From Gammaproteobacteria bacterium (GTDB lineage Bacteria; Pseudomonadota; Gammaproteobacteria; Francisellales; CACEW01): a stretch of 64,000 nt of DNA. Shown here piece after piece: positions 1 to 10,053 of the stretch (position 1 is the stretch's first letter; the number at the start of each line of letters is the position of its first letter). Under the pieces are notes generated by a model that worked only from the letters and a program-made list of their open reading frames with translations, was not told where the DNA came from and searched no databases. The position numbers and the translations under genes were made by a program. The DNA is taken from the NCBI GenBank assembly GCA_029256015.1, contig JAQSYQ010000008.1, positions 3,041 to 67,040 of the forward strand, read 5' to 3'.

Positions 1-31
1 GCAAACTATTCTATCTACTCCACATGGGGAC

Positions 32-430
32 TTGGGAAAGCTTTTGCAAGTTGTTAACAAAATTCAGAGCTTAAATGAGCTGGTGAAAAAGGATTTGCCT
101 GCAAACCTCAGAAAACATGTTAGAGTGCTTAATCTAAGCCAAGGCAAGTTAGTTCTTGAGGTAGAAAACTCGAGCTGGGCAACAAAGCTACGATTTGCCT
201 TACCCGAGCTGTTATCAAGCTTGAGAAAAGTGCCAGAACTGGCCGGTCTTAGAACCATTGAACATCAAATTGCTACTAAACAGCATAAAAGCCCGGCATC
301 TAAAAAGCCCGAGCCTTCTAACTTTCAACTGTCCGAGCAAGCTATTGAATCCTTAAAAAGCTGCATTGAAGCGAGCTCAGACGATACACTCAAAAAGGCC
401 TTAAAAAAGTTTATGGCCCACTATAGCTAG
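32..430 (+). CDS. DUF721/DciA-like protein. The frame is open back to window position 2, so the true start may lie upstream of the window.
   Basis: The motif GKLVLEVENSSWATKLRF..LL..L is typical of DUF721. It lies next to lpxC, as in many gammaproteobacteria. The ORF-track start is a TTG. Confidence 0.55.
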   Translation: MGKLLQVVNKIQSLNELVKKDLPANLRKHVRVLNLSQGKLVLEVENSSWATKLRFALPELLSSLRKVPELAGLRTIEHQIATKQHKSPASKKPEPSNFQLSEQAIESLKSCIEASSDDTLKKALKKFMAHYS

Positions 431-2091
431 GCTGAAATCTGTATTGCAGTGGTCGTATCCCCTCTGGGTCGCCCATACCTTGTAGGCGAAGAAGACTCAC
501 TGCGAACTGGAAAAACCCGCCCGGAACTCATTGGGCAGCAAATTTGATAGCTTGGCAACGGCCCGCCTTCTTTCAATGCCTGCATAGCCTCTGGACGCGT
601 TCTATTAGCCCAAGGAATAGCTAATGCCAGGGTATTAATTACTAAGGCCACTGCATAAGAAATCGGTATTGCATCCACCCCAAGCTCTGTATGCTGACTT
701 AAACCGTAAGCTAATGGAAGGGAAGTCGACATACAGAACATCGATACAAGGGTGGACTGCCAATTGTAACCAAGCATCCTTAAATTTTGCCAGATGGCGA
801 TTCTTGGTGAGTCAAGCATACCAGCGCCTATCTGCAGACGCACTAAACTGCTGGCAGCTTCTAACAGAGCTTCACTTGAATTCGGATTAATCGCTTGGAT
901 AAACTGGCGTGAAACGGCTGCAAGCGGAATACCTATTAAGCATACTGCTATAAGAGAAGTAACCATTCCCCATTTAGCATAAGAGCTAGCACGATTATAA
1001 TCACCCTCACCCACTGCCGTATTAAGTAAATTTGAAGCAGCACTTGCAAAGGCAAAGTTTGGAATAAAAACCATAAAAGCAACTTGTGCAGCAAAGTTTT
1101 GAGCAGCTAAAGCATCTTTACTTTTTAAGCCCGCAATTGCTGTAAGCATAAACATCAATAAAAACTCAAAGCTAAAAGCCGCCGCAATCGGCCCGCCTTC
1201 TTTAAGCAATGTCCACCACATATATTTAATTGCTTCCACACTTAATTGAAAAGTGCTAAGAAAATTAAATTGTTTAAAAGAATCATGCAAGCCTAAGTAA
1301 GCTAAAACGCCTATAGTGGTCAGATAGGCTCCAATAGTATAAGCGAGTGCAATACCGGCTAAGTCCAATTGGGTATATAAATAGTAGGCAAGCCCTGTGC
1401 TTACCACAAAACTACCCGTAGCAATAAGCATTGCTGCTTTTTGCTGGCCAAAGGCAATAATAATTTGTTCAGCACACATTCTGAGCCATAAGGCTGGAAT
1501 AGCTGCAGCGTAAACTTGCAAAAATTGAGCCGCTAATGAAGCAACTTCTGGATTTTGGCCCACTCCTTCTAATATAGACCTTGAAAAAATCAAAGGAAAC
1601 ATAGCAATCGGAACAAGTGGCGCTGAAGCAGTCAAACCTTTAAAAAACACCCCTGAAATCAATTGCCTTAACTGCTTGGTTTCCTCCGAAGCGCTGCCTT
1701 TTTCTTCTTCAATTTTTATCAATTCTCCACGACGGCGACCGACCCAAATTGCTATAGAAAACAAATAAGCTGTAGAAAGTCCCACCAAAAAGTTAGTCAT
1801 AGTAGTCGCTAAAGCCGCAGCGGCTATCTCATCTTGGTTTTGAGTTAACAGACTAATCGATAAGCCAACAGCAATTAGCATCGCAGAGAAATCGAAAGAG
1901 CCCATGATAGCCATCCCCATTGGGGCAATTTCTTTAACGGGACTAGCTCCAATCGCTTGCGCAACTTTATTTAAACAACTTGGAGGAGTCTGAGGCTGAG
2001 GATGATCGTGCTTAGCCGTGGGCGTAGGTGGTATTAACTCAAAACCGTCCACTCTTTGTGGGACCTGTGTTAGCGCAGCGGGTCTTTGCAT
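427..2091 (-). CDS. MATE-family-like polytopic efflux transporter with Pro-rich N-terminal and Ser/Arg-rich C-terminal extensions
   Basis: About 12 hydrophobic segments with a NorM-like layout. AAGGAG lies 5 nt upstream of the ATG at 2091. Its stop codon overlaps the stop of the convergent upstream ORF in a CTAG palindrome. Confidence 0.6.
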   Translation of the reverse strand: MQRPAALTQVPQRVDGFELIPPTPTAKHDHPQPQTPPSCLNKVAQAIGASPVKEIAPMGMAIMGSFDFSAMLIAVGLSISLLTQNQDEIAAAALATTMTNFLVGLSTAYLFSIAIWVGRRRGELIKIEEEKGSASEETKQLRQLISGVFFKGLTASAPLVPIAMFPLIFSRSILEGVGQNPEVASLAAQFLQVYAAAIPALWLRMCAEQIIIAFGQQKAAMLIATGSFVVSTGLAYYLYTQLDLAGIALAYTIGAYLTTIGVLAYLGLHDSFKQFNFLSTFQLSVEAIKYMWWTLLKEGGPIAAAFSFEFLLMFMLTAIAGLKSKDALAAQNFAAQVAFMVFIPNFAFASAASNLLNTAVGEGDYNRASSYAKWGMVTSLIAVCLIGIPLAAVSRQFIQAINPNSSEALLEAASSLVRLQIGAGMLDSPRIAIWQNLRMLGYNWQSTLVSMFCMSTSLPLAYGLSQHTELGVDAIPISYAVALVINTLALAIPWANRTRPEAMQALKEGGPLPSYQICCPMSSGRVFPVRSESSSPTRYGRPRGDTTTAIQISA

Positions 2092-2182
2092 AATACTCCT
2101 TGCTCCTTTCTCGTCAGATATAGGAAGTATTATTACATATTTATATAGAAAAATTGAATTATTTTTGAACCCGATGACCTAA

Positions 2183-3037
2183 CTAGGCTTCTACGTACTC
2201 AAATGCTTCTTTATCAGCCAATATTTTTCTTAGCAAACGATTGTTCATAGCATGACTAGGCTTGTGGCCATTATAGGAGCCTTTGATGGGCCCCACTGAA
2301 TATAAATCTCCTATGGCATCCAGCATCTTGTGCTTAACAAATTCATCAGGGAACCTTAAACCTTCTTCGTTAATCACACCTTTATCATCCAGCCCCACCG
2401 CATTTTCTAAGCTTGCCCCTAAAGCTAAGCCTTGGGCATGCAATTGCTCTAATTGAGTCGCAAAACCAAAGGTCCTTGCTCTAGCCAATTCCTTGGTATA
2501 GCCCATACCGGAAAACTCAAAATTCATTTCCTTTGGAGTATTAGCGATAGCTGGATGATTAAAGTCGATGGAAACTTTTAAATGAAAGCCATTGTAAGGA
2601 GAGATTTCAACAAATTTATCTTCTTGCTCAACTCGAATGGTCTTTTTAATTTTTAAATACTTTCTGGGTGCAGACTGAGCAACAATTCCAGCGGACTCGA
2701 TTAAAAAGATGTAAGGGGAGGCACTGCCGTCTAAAATAGGCACTTCTTCTGCATTAAGATCTAGATAAATATTGTCGATCCCCATGGCAGATAAGGCTGA
2801 TAACACATGCTCGATAGTTGCAATTTTAACATTGCCCTCTACCAGCATGGTGCATAGCATAGTTTCTTGAACTCTATCAGGATTCACCTGAACAGAAACC
2901 TCAGGCTTAAGGTCTGTTCTTTTGAATACAATACCAGTGTTCTCAGGAGCAGGGCGAAAAGTCAGTTTGACTTCTTTACCTGAATGCAGACCCTTTCCTA
3001 TTACACTAATCGAATTTTTAATGGTTTGCTGTGTCAT
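2183..3037 (-). CDS. lpxC: UDP-3-O-acyl-N-acetylglucosamine deacetylase
   Basis: The N-terminus MTQQTIKNSISVIGKGLHSGKEVKLTFRPAP aligns with E. coli LpxC. The ORF-track start at 3058 is a GTG 7 codons upstream. Confidence 0.93.
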   Translation of the reverse strand: MTQQTIKNSISVIGKGLHSGKEVKLTFRPAPENTGIVFKRTDLKPEVSVQVNPDRVQETMLCTMLVEGNVKIATIEHVLSALSAMGIDNIYLDLNAEEVPILDGSASPYIFLIESAGIVAQSAPRKYLKIKKTIRVEQEDKFVEISPYNGFHLKVSIDFNHPAIANTPKEMNFEFSGMGYTKELARARTFGFATQLEQLHAQGLALGASLENAVGLDDKGVINEEGLRFPDEFVKHKMLDAIGDLYSVGPIKGSYNGHKPSHAMNNRLLRKILADKEAFEYVEA

Positions 3038-3171
3038 ATTATTCAACTTTTTAAGCACATCTATTTTTAAAGCTGCTAAGGCATGTTAGCACAAGCGCCC
3101 GCAGCTTATAAATTAATAAAGGGGGACTACCGACTGCGACTCGCAACAAAAGCAGATTCAAAAAAGAATGC

Positions 3172-4272
3172 TTAGTCGGATTGGCGGCGCAAGAAGGTAG
3201 GAATGTCTAAATAGTCAGCTTCCTGGTTAGGATCAACCATCGTGGCTCTTTTTGAACCCTGGCCTAATTGTCTACCGATACGCTCATCTCTTAAAGTACG
3301 TCGGCCACCTTCATGCACATTAGCCAAGCCAGTCACCACAATAGTCACTCTCAGCTCATCATGCATTTCAGGATCAATCACAGTACCCACAACCACGGTA
3401 GCTTGATCAGAAGTAAAGCCTTTGATGACTTCGCCCACTTCTTCAAATTCACCGATAGACATATCCATGCCGGCTGTGATGTTAACCAATACACCTTTAG
3501 CACCGGATAATGCGATATCTTCGAGCAATGGGCTGGCAACAGCTGCTTCAGCCGCTTCACGCGCTCTGTCTTCACCGGTTGCACTTGCAGTACCCATCAT
3601 CGCCATACCCATTTCAGACATAACGGTACGAACGTCTGCGAAGTCCACGTTAATCAAACCTGGGCGGGTAATAAGCTCAGAAATACCTTGGACCGCGCCT
3701 TGCAATACATTGTTGGCCGCTTTAAATGCGTCAAGCAGGCTAACGTTTTTACCGAGCACAGTAAGCAATTTTTCATTAGGGATGGTAATGAGTGAGTCGA
3801 CTCTTTCTGCGAGTTCTGTAATACCAATTTCAGCTAGCTGCATACGGCGCTTGCCTTCAAATGGGAAAGGCTTGGTTACCACAGCTACGGTTAAAATTCC
3901 CATGTCACGAGCAATTTCCGCCACCACTGGCGCTGCACCTGTTCCTGTACCGCCACCCATCCCAGCAGTAATAAACAACATATCAGCACCACTTAAAATC
4001 TCTTGAATACGGTTACGGTCTTCTTGGGCCGCACGTTTACCGATTTCTGGGTTAGCACCTGCTCCCAAACCTTTGGTTAGCTGCGCCCCTAATTGTAAAA
4101 TATTGCGAGCGGATGAATTCTTTAAAGCCTGCGCATCGGTATTGGCACAGATAAACTCAACACCTTCAATATTTTGGCCAAGCATATGCTCAATTGCATT
4201 GCTTCCGCCCCCGCCGATACCAATGACCTTGATAACTGCGTTGTCTAATAAAGTTTCTGATACATCAAACAT
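3172..4272 (-). CDS. ftsZ: cell division protein FtsZ
   Basis: Tubulin signature [10 protein letters not shown]; C-terminal DIPTFLRRQ peptide. Confidence 0.98.
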   Translation of the reverse strand: MFDVSETLLDNAVIKVIGIGGGGSNAIEHMLGQNIEGVEFICANTDAQALKNSSARNILQLGAQLTKGLGAGANPEIGKRAAQEDRNRIQEILSGADMLFITAGMGGGTGTGAAPVVAEIARDMGILTVAVVTKPFPFEGKRRMQLAEIGITELAERVDSLITIPNEKLLTVLGKNVSLLDAFKAANNVLQGAVQGISELITRPGLINVDFADVRTVMSEMGMAMMGTASATGEDRAREAAEAAVASPLLEDIALSGAKGVLVNITAGMDMSIGEFEEVGEVIKGFTSDQATVVVGTVIDPEMHDELRVTIVVTGLANVHEGGRRTLRDERIGRQLGQGSKRATMVDPNQEADYLDIPTFLRRQSD

Positions 4273-4292
4273 TTTGTTTAACCTTCTTTAAG

Positions 4293-5540
4293 TTAAAAAT
4301 GACGTGAAAACCAGCTTTTCATTCTGGCTAAAATACCTTCTTCATTCTCAGGCACATTGCTAGGTGCAACTTCAACCTGCATGGATTCTCTGGTTTGTTG
4401 CTGGGTATACATCAGTAATCCTACCCCAGTTGCATGAATAGGGTTGCAGACTACATCAGTCAAACCCACTACTGAATGAGGCACCCCTAAACGTACTGGA
4501 ACTCTGAAAACTTCTTCAGCCAACTCCAATACTCCTGGCATTTTTGAAGCGCCGCCAGTCAGCACAATTCCTGAAGCAAGATGGTCAGCAAAACCGCTTT
4601 CTTTTAAATCCTGATAAATCAAACCGAACAGCTCTTCATAACGGGCTTCAATCACGCTGGCTAAAGTTTGCATGGATAAACGGCGGCCAGGACGATCAGC
4701 CACGCCTTTTACTTCTATGCTTTCTTCAGAACTTGCCATACGGGTCAAAGCAACGCCGTGTTGGATTTTAATCGCTTCAGCATATTGAGTAGGAATACGC
4801 AAAGCGTGAGCAATATCGCTGGTTACTTGAGAACCTGCAATCGGAATCACTGAAGTATGGCGAATGGCCCCTTCAGTAAATACGGTAATATCAGCCGTAC
4901 CGCCGCCGATATCAACCAGGCAAACGCCTAATTCTTTTTCGTCTTCGGTTAATACGGAATAGCTTGAAGCTAACTGTTCAAGCACTAAGTCTGAGACATC
5001 TAAACCGCAAGCCCCGACACATTTTACGATATTTTGGGCTGCACTGATGGAGCCTGATACCATATGGACTTTGGCTTCCAAGCGTACACCTGACATACCA
5101 ACAGGCTCTTTAATTCCTTCTTGGTTATCGATGACAAACTCTTGGGGCAGTATATGCAAAATTCGTTGATCGGTCGGAATAGCAACGGCTTTAGCCGCTT
5201 CGATCACTCTTTCTACATCCGCATTGGAAACTTCTTGATCCCTAACAGCAACGACTCCGTTGGAGTTAAAGCTGTGAATATGGCTGCCGGCAATACCCAC
5301 ACAAACTGAAGTGATTTTACAGTCTGCCATGTGCTCGGCTTCTTCCACGGCTTTTTGAATAGCTTGCACTGTGGTATCAATATTAACAATGACGCCTTTT
5401 TTAAGGCCTCTTGAAGGTTGCACCCCAATACCGATAATATTCATTTTGCCGCTATCAGTGTGTTCAGCAACAATAGCAACAACTTTTGAGGTACCAATAT
5501 CTAAAGCAGTTATAAGATTTTTATCTGGCGTTCTGGACAT
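4293..5540 (-). CDS. ftsA: cell division protein FtsA
   Basis: Actin-like ATPase motifs (LDIGTSKV, DIGGGTADI). Lies directly upstream of ftsZ. Confidence 0.97.
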   Translation of the reverse strand: MSRTPDKNLITALDIGTSKVVAIVAEHTDSGKMNIIGIGVQPSRGLKKGVIVNIDTTVQAIQKAVEEAEHMADCKITSVCVGIAGSHIHSFNSNGVVAVRDQEVSNADVERVIEAAKAVAIPTDQRILHILPQEFVIDNQEGIKEPVGMSGVRLEAKVHMVSGSISAAQNIVKCVGACGLDVSDLVLEQLASSYSVLTEDEKELGVCLVDIGGGTADITVFTEGAIRHTSVIPIAGSQVTSDIAHALRIPTQYAEAIKIQHGVALTRMASSEESIEVKGVADRPGRRLSMQTLASVIEARYEELFGLIYQDLKESGFADHLASGIVLTGGASKMPGVLELAEEVFRVPVRLGVPHSVVGLTDVVCNPIHATGVGLLMYTQQQTRESMQVEVAPSNVPENEEGILARMKSWFSRHF

Positions 5541-5720
5541 TCAAGCCGACTCCTAGCACAAGCCCTTAGTGTATGCGTAAAATCGTAAGTTTAGCTTAAA
5601 GCTTAGAATACGCAATTCTCATTGCATTATATAGTAGTACATATTTGTAGAATCTAACAATAGAAGAATATAAATTATTTGACAGATACTCTTAGCAGCT
5701 TGCTGCGATAGAAGATCGTC

Positions 5721-5740
5721 ATTCCCGCAAAAGCGGGAAT
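5721..5740. repeat. REP hairpin ATTCCCGC-AAAA-GCGGGAAT in the ftsQ-ftsA spacer
   Basis: Perfect 8-bp stem; the flanking GTC gives the GTCATTCCCGC-type unit. Confidence 0.75.
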
Positions 5741-5755
5741 CTAATTCAAAATCTG

Positions 5756-6502
5756 TCAACTACTAGATGTGGCTTGAGGCGCGGATTTAGAGACTTTTGG
5801 CGGGTTAGTCCACTTAGCAGCAAAACCATTGTGATAGCGCAAATCCACATAGACTAAGTCTGCGCCAGGAGTCGCATTCGCTAGCATCACAGGATAAGCG
5901 CTTAAGAAGTTGTCGAGCAGGTCATGCATTTTTGCACTGCCTAAATAAATCCAGAACCCTTGGTCCACCTGAATACGCCAAGCACCTGTATCCGTATACC
6001 ATAAGGTTGTGATGTTAAGCCCCGCTTTGTTTAATTGTTTTTGGAATTGACGATATTGGTCCAACATTACTTTTGCATTTTGCTGCTGGCCGACAAACAA
6101 AGGCAAACTAGACCCGGAGCCTGCAACATTGGGAGCAAAAAACACACAATTGCTTGTCATCAAGCTTCCATCGTTCCAGCGTACAATTGCTTTACGCTGC
6201 TGAATCGTCACCTGCACTGTGTAGGGAAGAATTCGGATAATGCTGGCACTTTGTACAGCTGGAATCTGCATTAAGGCTTCACGTGCTTTGGATTTATCCA
6301 TCCCAAATAAACCATTGTCCATGTAAGGGATCAAAGTTTGTTGAATTAAAGGGGCCCCAATATCATCGTAATGGCCGGCTACTCTCACTGACAAAATAGG
6401 AAAACGTCCCGGTTCTTTTAACCAAGACCAAAGCATAAGATCGCCGGCCACCGCCATGCCTACCAACAAGCCTAATCCTATTAACTTAGTGCGTAACTTC
6501 AT
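5756..6502 (-). CDS. ftsQ: cell division protein FtsQ
   Basis: N-terminal TM anchor plus POTRA-like region; position within the dcw cluster. Confidence 0.85.
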   Translation of the reverse strand: MKLRTKLIGLGLLVGMAVAGDLMLWSWLKEPGRFPILSVRVAGHYDDIGAPLIQQTLIPYMDNGLFGMDKSKAREALMQIPAVQSASIIRILPYTVQVTIQQRKAIVRWNDGSLMTSNCVFFAPNVAGSGSSLPLFVGQQQNAKVMLDQYRQFQKQLNKAGLNITTLWYTDTGAWRIQVDQGFWIYLGSAKMHDLLDNFLSAYPVMLANATPGADLVYVDLRYHNGFAAKWTNPPKVSKSAPQATSSS

Positions 6503-6548
6503 ATTCTCACCTTGCCACTACTTTAGCCCACCGCTTTAGATAGGCCTA

Positions 6549-6617
6549 AATTTCTGCAATCGCTCATTCCCACCAATTTCTCCTCTCCCATTTCGGGAGA
6601 GGACTAAGGAGAGGGCC
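6549..6617 (-). repeat. R4 REP-like element immediately downstream of murB
   Basis: The reverse complement GGCCCTCTCCTTAGTCCTCTCCCGAAATGGGAGAGGAGAAATTGGTGGGAATGAGCGATTGCAG aligns with 15519-15585. Central hairpin TCCTCTCCC-N4-GGGAGAGGA. Confidence 0.8.
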
Positions 6618-6626
6618 GGAGGGTAC

Positions 6627-7514
6627 CTATCTTTTGCCAATTATCTTCACTTCTGGAACCAAATCTATCCCAAACTTATCATGCACCGTTTTTTGGACCA
6701 GAGCCATCAAATCTAAAGCATCTTGAGAACTGGCTTTGCCTTCCTTGTTTACTAAAAAGTTAGCATGTTTTTCAGAGACCTGTAGCCCTCCGATTTTAGT
6801 CCCCTTTAAGCCGGCCTGCTCAATCAGTTTTGCTGCAAAATTACCTTGAGGGTTGCGGAAAGTAGAGCCACAGGAAGGTTCGCCCGTGGGCTGAGTCTGT
6901 GAGCGCTTATCCAGCATGGCTTTGATTTTTTCTAGGCTTTCTTGACCATTGCCTTGCTCAAACTGCAAAATTCCGGCAGTAAACCATTCATTTTCATTAA
7001 GGCCTTCAATATGTCTATAATGCGGCTTAAACTCGGAAGCAGGGCGTCTGCGAATATTCCCGCGATGATCAATGGTTTCAACCTCAACCACTCTTTGCCA
7101 GGTTTCCCCGCCAAAAGCTCCTGCGTTCATATACAAAGCTCCGCCCATGGTGCCGGGAATTCCACAGAAAAATTCTCCGTCGACCATATTGAATCGTGGA
7201 GCAAATCTTGCCACTTGAGCGCAAGCCACCCCAGCTTCAACTCTTAATTTGTTGCTATCAATCTGTGTCATTTCTTTTAAGGCGCCTTGAGTCACAACCA
7301 CCGTGCCAGGAACACCGGCATCCATGACCAATAAATTACTCCCTAAACCAATAAAAGTGACAGGCTCGTTCTCTGGTAATGTCTTTAAGAACTGCTGTAA
7401 ATCTTGTAAATTCAAAGGCCAGTAAAAGCGCTCAGCATTGCCGCCGATTCTCCAATAAGTGAACGGCTTTAAGCTAACATTTGTTAGGAGTTTCCCTTTC
7501 TCTAGTTTATTCAT
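6627..7514 (-). CDS. murB: UDP-N-acetylenolpyruvoylglucosamine reductase
   Basis: FAD-binding motifs (GGNAERF, GLGSNLL) and a C-terminal MurB domain. Confidence 0.93.
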   Translation of the reverse strand: MNKLEKGKLLTNVSLKPFTYWRIGGNAERFYWPLNLQDLQQFLKTLPENEPVTFIGLGSNLLVMDAGVPGTVVVTQGALKEMTQIDSNKLRVEAGVACAQVARFAPRFNMVDGEFFCGIPGTMGGALYMNAGAFGGETWQRVVEVETIDHRGNIRRRPASEFKPHYRHIEGLNENEWFTAGILQFEQGNGQESLEKIKAMLDKRSQTQPTGEPSCGSTFRNPQGNFAAKLIEQAGLKGTKIGGLQVSEKHANFLVNKEGKASSQDALDLMALVQKTVHDKFGIDLVPEVKIIGKR

Positions 7515-8941
7515 GTTTTCTCACCAAATTTCTTAACTAAGCGATGTATAATTTGCTCTACATCTCCTGCGCCCTGACTCACTAAAATATCACCGTCTTG
7601 CAAGATATTGGGCAGCAGCTCAAGAGCTGCATCTAAATTCTCGACGTAGACCGGCTCTACTTTACCCCGGCTTCGAATAGCTCGACATAAAGCCTTGCTG
7701 TCAGCTCCGGGGATAGGCTCCTCTCCTGCAGGATAAACTTCCAGCATAACCAAAGCATCCGCGCCGGATAAAACATTAGCAAAATCCTCAAACAGCTCTT
7801 CTGTTCGACTATAGCGATGCGGCTGATATGCCAGAACCACCCGGCGTCCAGGCCAGGCATTTTTTAAGGCTTCATAGGTAACCGACACTTCACGAGGATG
7901 ATGACCATAATCATCGACCAGCGTGACTTTATTACCGTTATCCAAAGTAATTTGGCCATAGACCTGACAACGGCGACCAATTCCCGAAAAACTCTGTAAA
8001 GTTTTGCAAATGCTTTCAACACTAATATCACAGTCAAAAGCCACTGCAATGGCAGCGGTGGCATTTAGAGCATTATGCTTTCCAGCTAAGTTTAAGTTAA
8101 CGGTAAAAGCTTTATCCGATTTTGGCACCACCATAAATCTTGAATGAAGACCATTCTGCTCGTAGTCTTTTATTCTAAAATCAGCATCTTCGCTAAACCC
8201 ATAGGTAAGGACCGGGCAGGTAATATCCGGCAAAATGGCCCGAATATTGTCATCATCGATGCACAATACTGCCAGACCGTAAAAGGGGAGCCTTCTGATA
8301 AACTGAATAAAGGTTTGTCTTAATACATTGAAGTCATTCTGATAATTGGCCATATGGTCGGCATCAATATTAGTGACGACCGAAATGGTTGGAGTCAGAT
8401 ATAAAAAAGAAGCGTCACTTTCGTCAGCTTCTGCGATGAAATAACGGCTGTCGCCCAATCTGGCATTAGTTCCAGTGCTGTTGACTTTACCGCCGACTAC
8501 AAAGGTTGGCTTTAGCCCCGCATCTCCAAAAATATTAGCCAGCAAACTCGTTGTAGTGGTTTTGCCATGAGTCCCTGCTACGGTAATTCCCGTCTTAAAA
8601 CGCATGAGCTCGGCTAGCATCATTGCTCTTGGAATCACTGGAATATGGCGGGCTACCGCTTCCTGCACCTCGGGGTTATTCTGGGAAATGGCCGAAGAAG
8701 TCACTACTACATTCGCATCTTCCGCATACTCGGGACGATGCCCAATTTTGATTTCAATCCCAAGCTCGCTGAGCCTTCTGGTTACAGAAGTTTGCTTGAG
8801 ATCTGAACCTGAAACTTGATAACCCAGGTTATGTAAAACCTCAGCAATTCCTGACATTCCAGCCCCACCGATTCCAACAAAATGAATTCGGCGGATTCGG
8901 CGCATTGGCGCCGCAGTATGAATGGCTTGTTCGCCTTTCAT
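7511..8941 (-). CDS. murC: UDP-N-acetylmuramate--L-alanine ligase
   Basis: HFVGIGGAGMSGIAEVL and GTHGKTTTTS Mur ligase motifs. 476 aa, not fused to Ddl. Confidence 0.96.
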   Translation of the reverse strand: MKGEQAIHTAAPMRRIRRIHFVGIGGAGMSGIAEVLHNLGYQVSGSDLKQTSVTRRLSELGIEIKIGHRPEYAEDANVVVTSSAISQNNPEVQEAVARHIPVIPRAMMLAELMRFKTGITVAGTHGKTTTTSLLANIFGDAGLKPTFVVGGKVNSTGTNARLGDSRYFIAEADESDASFLYLTPTISVVTNIDADHMANYQNDFNVLRQTFIQFIRRLPFYGLAVLCIDDDNIRAILPDITCPVLTYGFSEDADFRIKDYEQNGLHSRFMVVPKSDKAFTVNLNLAGKHNALNATAAIAVAFDCDISVESICKTLQSFSGIGRRCQVYGQITLDNGNKVTLVDDYGHHPREVSVTYEALKNAWPGRRVVLAYQPHRYSRTEELFEDFANVLSGADALVMLEVYPAGEEPIPGADSKALCRAIRSRGKVEPVYVENLDAALELLPNILQDGDILVSQGAGDVEQIIHRLVKKFGEKT

Positions 8942-10053
8942 TTATTTTCTCCATTCATTAGCTCAATACAGGCATTTTTTACTGCATTGCTTGCATTAGG
9001 CAGCCCCAAGCTTTTCGCTATTGCCGCCATTTTTTGTATTTCCTGCCTGTTATTCGAATATTTATTTAATAATTCTGCCAACATAGTAGGCGTTAACTCT
9101 GACTGACATTTCAACTCAGCCGCCCCTTTATCCGCTAAATATTTTGCATTATAGCGTTGATGGTCATCCACTGCATGCGGTAATGGAATTAAAATAGAAG
9201 CTTTCCCTGCCGCAGCCAATTCTGAAACGGTCATTGCTCCAGAGCGGCATACTATCATATCAGCCCAAGAATAAGCTTCTGCCATATTGTCTATAAAAGC
9301 GGTAATTTTAGCTTCAACCTGCTCTTTAGCATAATATTCTTGCGCTAAGCTAAAGGTTTTTTCTCCGGTCTGATGCCAAACCATAGGGCGATTTACTTTT
9401 GGAATGAGAGCTAAAGCCTTTGGAAAAATCTCATTAAAAACGGAAGCACCCAGGCTCCCGCCTACTACCAACACTCGCAAAGGCCCCTCATGTTCTACTT
9501 GAGCTAAGTTTATAATTTCTTCTCTAACGGGATTGCCTGTCACAATAAGCTTTTTTGAAGCAGGAAAAGCCCCTGGAAAAGCGCATAATACTCGATCAGC
9601 AACTTTAGCAAGACAGCGGTTGGTCATACCGGCAATGGCGTTTTGCTCATGAATGACTAAGGGAACTCTTAAAATTTTGGCAGCAATTCCGCCTGGGCCT
9701 GAAGCGAAGCCGCCCATCCCAACCACCAGTTGAGGTTTAATTTTCTTGAGGACTTTTAGAGAATAAAAAATAGCATTTAAAAGCTTAAAGGGTGCAGCAG
9801 CCCATCTCAGCAAGCCCTTTCCTCTTAAACCATGAATAGGGATGTAATGAATAGGAAAACCATGCTGAGGAACTAGGCGAGACTCAATGCCGGCTTGAGT
9901 GCCCAACCAATGCACACTAAAGCCTTGTTCTTTTAATTTTTTTGCCAATGCCAATGCCGGGAAAACATGCCCGCCCGTCCCTCCAGCCATAATCAAAACG
10001 CTTCCTTTGATAGGCTCGGCATGACCATTTGTAATGGGATTTTTCATAATCAT
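8938..10053 (-). CDS. murG: undecaprenyldiphospho-muramoylpentapeptide beta-N-acetylglucosaminyltransferase
   Basis: GGTGGHVFPALA motif. Overlaps murC and ftsW by 4 nt each. Confidence 0.95.
   Translation of the reverse strand: MIMKNPITNGHAEPIKGSVLIMAGGTGGHVFPALALAKKLKEQGFSVHWLGTQAGIESRLVPQHGFPIHYIPIHGLRGKGLLRWAAAPFKLLNAIFYSLKVLKKIKPQLVVGMGGFASGPGGIAAKILRVPLVIHEQNAIAGMTNRCLAKVADRVLCAFPGAFPASKKLIVTGNPVREEIINLAQVEHEGPLRVLVVGGSLGASVFNEIFPKALALIPKVNRPMVWHQTGEKTFSLAQEYYAKEQVEAKITAFIDNMAEAYSWADMIVCRSGAMTVSELAAAGKASILIPLPHAVDDHQRYNAKYLADKGAAELKCQSELTPTMLAELLNKYSNNRQEIQKMAAIAKSLGLPNASNAVKNACIELMNGENK

Noticed and set aside
3422-4006. 194-aa plus-strand ORF, plus smaller ORFs at 3313-3510, 3378-3584 and 4073-4291, inside ftsZ
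   Set aside because: These are antisense or alternate-frame shadow ORFs within a highly conserved gene. Their low-complexity Ser/Ala/Pro translation is typical of a reverse-frame artefact.
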